A program made the translations under genes and the position numbers. DNA of 64,000 nt from Candidatus Parcubacteria bacterium (lineage in GTDB: Bacteria > Patescibacteriota > Patescibacteriia > Patescibacteriales > BM507), in NCBI GenBank assembly GCA_002869265.1, contig PKTH01000003.1, forward strand, positions 8,190-72,189, in the 5' to 3' direction. Under the pieces are notes generated by a model. That model was not told where the DNA came from. It saw nothing but the letters and a program-made list of their open reading frames with translations, and ran no database searches. The first letter of the stretch is position 1, and the number at the start of each line of letters is the position of its first letter. Positions 57,151-64,000 of this stretch are shown one piece after another.

Positions 57151-57783
57151 TTATTTAGAGTAAAACTCAACAATCATTTGCGCGTTAATCTTAGTATTAA
57201 TGTCTTCCTTTGAAGGCTCGTGTAGAATCTTCGCTTCCATAGCCTTTAAATCAAAGTTCAACCATCCTGGAATTTCTCTGCCTTTTACTTTTTCTGAAAT
57301 GTCTCTGAAATATTTGTTTGAAGAACTTGATTTTCTTATCTTGATCACTTCACCAGTTTTTAGAGAATATGAAGGAATATTTACCTTTTTCCCATCAACA
57401 GTGATATGTGCATGACTAACAATTTGTCTTGCCTGATTTCTTGATGAAGCAAGACCAAGTCTATAAATCACATTATCTAATCTAAGTTCTAACAATTTAA
57501 ATAGGTTATCACCTGCATTTCCTTGTGTTTTCTGAGCTCTATCAAAAGTAAGCTTAAACTGCTTTTCTAGTAACATGTATGTTCTTTTTGCTTTTTGCTT
57601 TTCAATAAGCTGAGTAGCGTATTCTGTAAGTCTTTTTCTTCCCTGTGATGAACCATGGAATCCTGGAGGATAATTTCTTTTTACAATAGCGCATTTTGCA
57701 GTATTACATCTCTCTCCTTTTAGAAAAAGCTTTTCCCCTGCTCTTCGACATTGTTTACATTTTGCGTCTAAATTTTTAGCCAT
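57151..57783 (-). CDS. rpsD: 30S ribosomal protein S4
   Basis: CKQCRRAGEKLFLKGERC, LELRLDNVIYRLG, IVEFYSK. Confidence 0.97.
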   Translation of the reverse strand: MAKNLDAKCKQCRRAGEKLFLKGERCNTAKCAIVKRNYPPGFHGSSQGRKRLTEYATQLIEKQKAKRTYMLLEKQFKLTFDRAQKTQGNAGDNLFKLLELRLDNVIYRLGLASSRNQARQIVSHAHITVDGKKVNIPSYSLKTGEVIKIRKSSSSNKYFRDISEKVKGREIPGWLNFDLKAMEAKILHEPSKEDINTKINAQMIVEFYSK

Positions 57784-57806
57784 AATATTTTAAATTATCT
57801 TGTTTA

Positions 57807-58379
57807 TTATACTCTTCTAGGTCTTCTTGCCCTACAACCATTATGAGGTACCGGAGTAACATCCTTAATTGAAGTAACATTTAAACCATTAGAATTAAGT
57901 GCCCTTACTGCTGATTCTCTGCCAGTTCCAACTCCTTTAACAAAAACACTTACTTCCTCTAAACCACATTCCCTTGCTTTTCCTACAGCGATTCTAGTGA
58001 TGATTTGAGCTGCGTATGGTGTTGATTTTTTTGGACCTTTAAAGCCTGCCACACCAGCAGATCCCCAAGAAATAACATTTCCGTTTAGATCAGTTAGCGT
58101 AACAATCGTGTTATTATAAGTAGCTTTCACAAAAGCCTTCCCAACTGTAACTTTTTTTGCAACCTTTTTCTTTTTCTTTTTTACTTTTGCTTTTTTAGCA
58201 TTTTCTGCTTTTTTCTTTTCAAGCTTTAATCTAATGTCCTCAGGTAGTTCTTCCAAACCTTTGATTCCATTTTCTTCAACTTTTTCTTGTTTTGTAACAG
58301 CCTCATCGTCAGTAGTAAGATCTAAATCTTTTTTTTCTACCTCGTCTTGAGATTCTGCTGTTTTTTTCTCATCACTCAT
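57807..58379 (-). CDS. rpsK: 30S ribosomal protein S11 (long N-terminal extension)
   Basis: [28 protein letters not shown]. Confidence 0.96.
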   Translation of the reverse strand: MSDEKKTAESQDEVEKKDLDLTTDDEAVTKQEKVEENGIKGLEELPEDIRLKLEKKKAENAKKAKVKKKKKKVAKKVTVGKAFVKATYNNTIVTLTDLNGNVISWGSAGVAGFKGPKKSTPYAAQIITRIAVGKARECGLEEVSVFVKGVGTGRESAVRALNSNGLNVTSIKDVTPVPHNGCRARRPRRV

Positions 58380-58406
58380 ATTGTGTATTAAAAATATATT
58401 TATTTA

Positions 58407-58799
58407 TTAAGTGGTTTGCGCTGTTGGCTTTTTATTTCCTCCAACAGTAACTCTTTTTCCTCCTCTAACTGTTCTTGAATTTGTTTTTGTTCTCTGTCCT
58501 CTAACTGTAAGGTTTTTTGTATGTCTTAAACCTCTGTATGAATTAATTTCTTTCAGTCTTTTTACGTTACTAGCAACATCTCTCCTTAAATCACCTTCTA
58601 CTTTATGTGTTTTTTCAATTTCTGTTCTTAACTTATTCCCATCATCTTCACTAATATCTTTAACCCTTGTGTCAGGGTTAATATTTAGTTTTTCTAGAAT
58701 TTTTTGTGATCTGAAAAGTCCAATGCCATAGATATATGTCAATGCTACTTCTAGTCTTTTGTGATTTGGAATTGTAACTCCTGCAATTCTTAGTGCCAT
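58407..58799 (-). CDS. rpsM: 30S ribosomal protein S13
   Basis: [25 protein letters not shown]. Confidence 0.97.
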   Translation of the reverse strand: MALRIAGVTIPNHKRLEVALTYIYGIGLFRSQKILEKLNINPDTRVKDISEDDGNKLRTEIEKTHKVEGDLRRDVASNVKRLKEINSYRGLRHTKNLTVRGQRTKTNSRTVRGGKRVTVGGNKKPTAQTT

Positions 58800-58833
58800 A
58801 TTTTTAAAATATACTTAATATACTTGTTAATAA

Positions 58834-58947
58834 TTATCCTTGTCTTTGTTTATGTTTAGGATTTGGGCAAATAACCCAAACACGACCATTTCTTCTAATA
58901 GTTTTACAATCTTTACAGATTTTTTTTGCTGATGCTCTAACTTTCAT
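58834..58947 (-). CDS. rpmJ: 50S ribosomal protein L36 (absent from the ORF track)
   Basis: Manual translation [37 protein letters not shown]. Confidence 0.96.
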   Translation of the reverse strand: MKVRASAKKICKDCKTIRRNGRVWVICPNPKHKQRQG

Positions 58948-59025
58948 ATTTAAAATTTATAATTATTTTTGACAAAAATTCAGCCTTGAATACCTCAAGA
59001 CTAATATTACTAAATCCTTAATGAA

Positions 59026-59268
59026 TTACAGTCTAAAGGTAATTCTCCCCTTGCTTAAATCATAAGGACTGATTTGAACCTTAACCTTATCTCCTGGCAG
59101 AAGTCTGATTTTATGCATTCTCATTTTCCCAGAAAGATGTGCTAATATCTCGTGTTCGTTTTCAAGGATAACCTTAAAGGTCCCAGCAGGCATTAGTTCT
59201 AAAATCTCTCCTTTGATCTCGATAAAATCTTTAGAACTGGCTGTGTTTTGATTTGTGTCTTTTCCCAT
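59026..59268 (-). CDS. infA: Translation initiation factor IF-1
   Basis: [20 protein letters not shown]...[13 protein letters not shown]. Confidence 0.97.
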   Translation of the reverse strand: MGKDTNQNTASSKDFIEIKGEILELMPAGTFKVILENEHEILAHLSGKMRMHKIRLLPGDKVKVQISPYDLSKGRITFRL

Positions 59269-59351
59269 TAAATGAAATTCTCTTTAATTTAAAAAAGTTT
59301 ACCAATTACCTTGGTAAATTTAAATTAGTCGAAATTTTTATTTCTTTGATA

Positions 59352-59380
59352 ATTATATAGCTATTTATATTTCTTGTCAA
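59352..59380 (-). promoter_or_regulatory. Sigma70 promoter of the infA-rpoA cluster
   Basis: Minus strand TTGACA-N17-TATAAT. Confidence 0.75.
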
Positions 59381-59456
59381 GCTTTCCCTGGTAAGCAATG
59401 ATACGACCAAATAAAAAAGCTATTTCAAAAATAAAATAGCTAATTTTAGCAATATA

Positions 59457-61334
59457 TTATTCTAAAGTTGCTTTTATTCTTCTTACTCCAGCTGAAGAGC
59501 TTTCTTCTTTTTTTATCTTAAATTCACCTAAATCTCCAATATTATCAACATGAGGGCCTCCGCAGATTTCCTGGGAAAACCTATCAGCTCCCTGGCCAAT
59601 AGAATACACCTTTACAACATCTGAATATTTTGAATCAAACACACCTGTAGCCCCATTGTCTTTCGCCACTTGAAGAGGAAGTTCTTGAAATGAAACAGTA
59701 AGTGCTTTCTTGATTTGAGCATTAACCATATCTTCGATTTCCTGTTTTTGCCCTGGACTCAGTTTTTCAGGGTGTGAAAAGTCAAAACGGAGTCTCTCTG
59801 CTGTTATGTTACTCCCTTTTTGAGTGACATGACTACCAAGGACCCTCCTCATGGCCTCCAATAAAAGATGGGCGGCTGTATGAAGCTTCTTAGTTTCCTC
59901 TGATGAATCAGCTAAACCACCTTTAAATTTCCCAGCACTCGCTGTTCTTGAAAGATCTTGATGATTTTTCAGCTCCTCTTTAAATGATTCAAGATCAACA
60001 GATAGATTGTTCTCCTCTGCCATTTCCAATGTCATCTCTATGGGAAAGCCATAGGTAGCGAATAATTTAAAAGCAAAATCTCCGGAAATTACTTTAGAGC
60101 TAGAGTTCTTTTCTCTCCATTTATTATACTCTTTTAGGCCATTAGCCAGAGTTGCCCTGAACTTTTCTTCTTCATTTTTTATTTCTGCTAAAATTAGAAT
60201 TTCCTTAGTTAGTAAATCAGGATAATAACTAGAATACTCTTCAATAACCATTTTTGCTACATCTGCTGTAAAGTTATAATTTACATTTAGATCATATGCA
60301 TATCTAACAGCTCTTCTAATAAGTCTTCTAGTGAAATATCCTTGGTCCTTATTTGAAGGTATCGCTCCATCAGATATCAAAAATGTTGCCCCTCTTAGAT
60401 GGTCCATTATAACCCTAAAAGCCCGTGTTTCTTCTTCATTCTCCCCATATTTTTTACCTGTTACGTTCTCAATTTTTATTCTAAGAGTTTGAAATATGTC
60501 GGAAAGGAAAATATCAGGAGTGTCGTTTACTGCAACCGCAAGCCTTTCTAGTCCTCCCCCGAAATCAATATTCTTATTATCAAGAGGTTCAAAGCCTTCC
60601 TCTGTTTTCTTAAATTGCATAAAAACATTATTGCCAATTTCAAGGAATCTTCCACAATCGCATGCCGGGTGACATGGTTTGTCCTTCCATTTTGATTTTT
60701 CATGAAGTCCTAGGTTTTCTCCAAAATCCCAAAACATTTCTGAGTCAGGACCACCAGGTTCTCCAACAGGCATGTTCTCTGGAACTCCAACTCTACTCCA
60801 CCAGTTTTCTTTTTCCGGATAGTAAAAAATTCTCCCGCCTTGCATGCCTTCAATCTCTGCAAAATCAATATCATCTGCTTGTATCCCGACACTAGAAAAT
60901 TTCTTTTTCCAAAGATTTACAGATTCACTGTCTTTTTCGAGCTTATAGTCTTTATTTCCGCGATAAACAGAAACATAAAGTCTTTCAGGGTCTAAACCAA
61001 GGTCTTTAGTCAGGAATTCAAACATCCAATCTATCTGTTCTTCTTTAAAATAGTCACCTAAGCTCCAATTACCTAGCATTTCGAAAAAAGTAGTATGCCT
61101 ATTATCACCAACATCATCAATATCTCCTGCTCTGAAACATTTTTGTGAATCAGCCAACCTCACTCCTTCGGGATGTTTCTCTCCCAATAAATACGGAACC
61201 ATGGGTTGCATCCCCGAACCCGTAAAGAGAGTTGATGGATCGTTTTCCGGAAGTAAAGAAGCACTAGGGATAATCACGTGCCCTCGTTCTTTAAAAAAGT
61301 CTAAATATTTTTGTCTTAACTCACTAGCTTTCAT
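59457..61334 (-). CDS. alaS: Alanine--tRNA ligase, short form ending at the editing domain
   Basis: HTTFFEMLGNWS, DFGGGLERL, TYGFP, HTAAH, CGGPHV, GVRRIKA. Confidence 0.96.
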   Translation of the reverse strand: MKASELRQKYLDFFKERGHVIIPSASLLPENDPSTLFTGSGMQPMVPYLLGEKHPEGVRLADSQKCFRAGDIDDVGDNRHTTFFEMLGNWSLGDYFKEEQIDWMFEFLTKDLGLDPERLYVSVYRGNKDYKLEKDSESVNLWKKKFSSVGIQADDIDFAEIEGMQGGRIFYYPEKENWWSRVGVPENMPVGEPGGPDSEMFWDFGENLGLHEKSKWKDKPCHPACDCGRFLEIGNNVFMQFKKTEEGFEPLDNKNIDFGGGLERLAVAVNDTPDIFLSDIFQTLRIKIENVTGKKYGENEEETRAFRVIMDHLRGATFLISDGAIPSNKDQGYFTRRLIRRAVRYAYDLNVNYNFTADVAKMVIEEYSSYYPDLLTKEILILAEIKNEEEKFRATLANGLKEYNKWREKNSSSKVISGDFAFKLFATYGFPIEMTLEMAEENNLSVDLESFKEELKNHQDLSRTASAGKFKGGLADSSEETKKLHTAAHLLLEAMRRVLGSHVTQKGSNITAERLRFDFSHPEKLSPGQKQEIEDMVNAQIKKALTVSFQELPLQVAKDNGATGVFDSKYSDVVKVYSIGQGADRFSQEICGGPHVDNIGDLGEFKIKKEESSSAGVRRIKATLE

Positions 61335-61396
61335 ATATTAATTTTATTTTAACTATTTACTAAAATACTATAAGTTCTTTATTTTATCAAGAAATG

Positions 61397-62086
61397 CTAC
61401 ACTTTCTGAAGGTATGCTACTAAAAAATTCCTTTTATAGCTCTGATTACCAAATTTAGTGTAACCACTTTCCTTAACTATTTTTAGTATTTTAAAATATT
61501 TTGAATACATTTCCTCGAACTCCACCCTAGAAAAAACTCTTTCAATCAGGCCAAGTTCGGGCATTTTATAAGTATTATACTCAGGACCAGGAAAATTTTT
61601 TACTAGATTTTTGGCATTTTTATCACCATCTATACAAAGTGCTCTTACAAAGAAACACCCACCCGGCCTTAAAATTCTATGGACCTCTGATATAAAAACA
61701 TTTCTTCCCTTCTCATCAAGAGAATTTGAACTAGTAACATCTATGACTAGATCAAAAGAAGAATCCTCAAACCACTGCTTTTCTGAAAGATCTGAAACAA
61801 AATAATCAATTTTTAAATCATTTTCTTTTGCTCTTTTTTTTGCTTCCCCTATAGCAGAGTGAGATATATCAGAAGCATAAACATCAAAACCAAGTTTTGA
61901 AAGATAGTTTGAATTCCTCCCAGTACCGCAACCCGCATCAAACGCCTTTTGGCCATGAAAATCTTTTGTAAAAATTTTTTTATAAAACTTTAAAAACCGC
62001 AAGAATGTAGCTTGAGGTTCATTGTGTTTAGTTATTAGCTGGGGCCTGCCATGATATTCCTTTTCCCAGACTTCTGCCTGTGTCAT
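61397..62086 (-). CDS. Class I SAM-dependent methyltransferase
   Basis: DAGCGTGRN, SDIS, SFDLVI, RILRPGG. Confidence 0.9.
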   Translation of the reverse strand: MTQAEVWEKEYHGRPQLITKHNEPQATFLRFLKFYKKIFTKDFHGQKAFDAGCGTGRNSNYLSKLGFDVYASDISHSAIGEAKKRAKENDLKIDYFVSDLSEKQWFEDSSFDLVIDVTSSNSLDEKGRNVFISEVHRILRPGGCFFVRALCIDGDKNAKNLVKNFPGPEYNTYKMPELGLIERVFSRVEFEEMYSKYFKILKIVKESGYTKFGNQSYKRNFLVAYLQKV

Positions 62087-62378
62087 ATTTTGAAAAAAAT
62101 GTTACTCCTTTTTTCACTTGCACTGATGTTGGGACCCCTCCACCTTTTCTAATCTCCTTTGATATATGCTTTATGGTGGTCTGCGGTCTAGTTTTTCTTA
62201 TAAGCTCAGGTTTTTGAGGGTCTTTTACACAATATAGAAAACCCTTTAGCTTCTTTTTGCCTCCTACAACAATAGATCTAACAACTATTTTCTTTTGCTG
62301 GTCGTCAACCTCCTCTTTTTGGATATGAACTTTTCTTTCCCCGTTTTTTGTTAGTTTATGTCTAGGTTTTTTTCTCAA
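62028..62378 (-). CDS. Basic hypothetical protein (ORFan)
   Basis: AAGGAGG + TTG start; overlaps the methyltransferase start by 59 nt. Confidence 0.45.
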   Translation of the reverse strand: MRKKPRHKLTKNGERKVHIQKEEVDDQQKKIVVRSIVVGGKKKLKGFLYCVKDPQKPELIRKTRPQTTIKHISKEIRKGGGVPTSVQVKKGVTFFSKYDTGRSLGKGISWQAPANN

Positions 62379-62412
62379 TTAAACCTCCTTTAAAGAACTA
62401 AAATTTGTTAAT

Positions 62413-63174
62413 TTATTTTCTTATCTCATATAAAAAAATAGAAACCGCACTAGAAACATTTAAAGACTCAATCTTCTCAGAAATCTGTATATTTAACTTA
62501 TTTTGCGCTAAAGCTGTTACCTCTTTATCAACCCCGTGACTCTCTGATCCAAAAACCAAAACATATTTCTCAGGGAATGAAAAGTTAGATATTTTTTCTC
62601 CCACGGAAACATCAGAAACATAAATAGGCATAAATGTAGTTTTGAGAAAATTTAAATCATTGTCCTTCTCAACCCTAACCTTAAAGATACTATCCTTTGA
62701 CGCGCTAATTGTCTTAGGATTATAGATATCTGCACATTTAGCATCACAAACTATATTTTCAAATCCAAAGGCTACGCAAGTTCTTAATATCGTCCCCAGG
62801 TTCCCGGGATCACTAACACCATTCAGATATATCACTGATTTTTCAGTATTGACTTTTTTTTCTGAAATTCCAAATACAGCTACAAGTCCTGATGGTGTAT
62901 CCAGACTAGATACATGTTTGTTTATCTTGGTATCTATAACATATATTTTATTTTCATCTACTCTTTCTTTGATATATTCGTACTTGTCTGCGTCCTTTGT
63001 AATAAATATTTTAGTTAAGTATACCTCCTCTGGTTCCTCTCCACTCTCAAGTGCGTCTTTTAAAATAACAAAATTTTCCACCAAAAATAAAGCATATTGT
63101 TCTCTATACTTTTTTAAACTTAGCTTTTTAAGCTTTTTTATTTTTTGATTTTCTAGACTTGAAATGTTTTCCAT
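62413..63174 (-). CDS. TrmH/SpoU family RNA methyltransferase
   Basis: SDPGNLGTILRT, FGSESHGV, ESLNVS. Confidence 0.94.
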   Translation of the reverse strand: MENISSLENQKIKKLKKLSLKKYREQYALFLVENFVILKDALESGEEPEEVYLTKIFITKDADKYEYIKERVDENKIYVIDTKINKHVSSLDTPSGLVAVFGISEKKVNTEKSVIYLNGVSDPGNLGTILRTCVAFGFENIVCDAKCADIYNPKTISASKDSIFKVRVEKDNDLNFLKTTFMPIYVSDVSVGEKISNFSFPEKYVLVFGSESHGVDKEVTALAQNKLNIQISEKIESLNVSSAVSIFLYEIRK

Positions 63175-63252
63175 GTATATATAATACCTTATTGTTTTTT
63201 AAAATAATAGACCCAAAAGTACACATTAATCTGTGCTTTTTTATTAAATCTT

Positions 63253-63972
63253 TTACAAGCTTATTTTCTTATACTTATGGAAAAAATCGTCGTTAACAAC
63301 AGGGCTAATAGTGTAACCGATTGTTTTTGTATTTTGACGAATTTCTACATAATCAACACCAAGTTCTGTGAGCATATTACCTATATCACTAATTGAATTG
63401 TTTTCTAGATCAAAGAACTGCACATCCCTATCTCCATGAAGCCAGTCATAAAGCTCTGGTTCAAGTTTGTTCGTATTTCCATTAACTTTTTTTATACACC
63501 TAGAGAGAAGGTTTGTAGATGACTTTATCCCAATATTTACCAAAGCACTTTTCTTAACCGAACTTTTCTTAATCAAAAAATTCATAGTAAATCTCTTTTT
63601 GATTATACCCAGAGTTACACCCGGGATAGCCATGCCTACTATACCTACAACTAGATTTTTTGCCTGTTCATCTTCATATGATTTTGACCAGGATATTAAA
63701 GGGGCCAAAGCCTCCTCATTTTCAAGCTCTAATAACCAATCAAATTTTCTGATTGCCATATCAGTTGAAGACGGCATTAAAACATAAGCATATTCTCCAG
63801 CTTTAACATTTTTACTAAATTTAAAATCTCTGCCAAGAAACTTCTCTGAAATGTATTTTGCTAGAGTTTTGTCTTCTTTAGCAGCTAAGACAATAGCTGA
63901 ACTTAAATTGCTCAAATATTTATCTTTTTGAGCAACTTTCTTTTTTGTATAAGTCTTATTATTTTTTTTCAT
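63253..63972 (-). CDS. Hypothetical protein
   Basis: 239 aa ORF; C-terminal half weakly resembles the PTH2 fold. Confidence 0.6.
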   Translation of the reverse strand: MKKNNKTYTKKKVAQKDKYLSNLSSAIVLAAKEDKTLAKYISEKFLGRDFKFSKNVKAGEYAYVLMPSSTDMAIRKFDWLLELENEEALAPLISWSKSYEDEQAKNLVVGIVGMAIPGVTLGIIKKRFTMNFLIKKSSVKKSALVNIGIKSSTNLLSRCIKKVNGNTNKLEPELYDWLHGDRDVQFFDLENNSISDIGNMLTELGVDYVEIRQNTKTIGYTISPVVNDDFFHKYKKISL

Positions 63973-64000
63973 ATAATTAATTTACTTATATTTATGATTT

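Noticed and set aside
419..63787. Many short ORFs in the track overlapping larger genes (e.g. 4811..5257, 7373..7804, 25467..25862, 34308..34724, 49127..49528)
   Set aside because: Antisense or alternate-frame shadows of well-supported genes, with no motifs or start signals.

Overview
Low-GC bacterial chromosome segment in genetic code 11. Gene content and style (AlaRS without its C-terminal domain, short L13, standalone receiver + MacA + ATPase + two MacB-type permeases, SD-less core genes, many ORFans) suggest a CPR/Patescibacteria (Parcubacteria-like) genome; this is inference, no search was run. Genes run mostly on + up to about 41 kb and almost all on - after 43.6 kb, converging on a Xer recombinase gene and a dif-like site at 43310-43347, the probable replication terminus. 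Housekeeping genes include mnmA, rpsB-tsf, gap, cca, uppS, rarA, rplU, recR, dnaB, tRNA-Lys, lexA, gltX, ddl, lysS, greA, a polysaccharide cluster, the infA...rpoA...rpsI cluster and alaS. Most notable: (1) RpoA has no alpha-CTD and instead ends in an acidic repeat tail plus an AT-hook, while a separate gene encodes an HTH + sigma-region-4 + alpha-CTD fusion; (2) a gap-coupled minimal [FeFe]-hydrogenase operon with an ECF S-component and no maturases in the window; (3) an unannotated 6S-RNA-like rod; (4) a dif-like site with an exact half-site copy over the xer promoter; (5) ORFan cassettes sharing boxA-like + strong SD leaders; (6) a LysRS-HD fusion followed by CYTH/Nudix/NDT-like genes.
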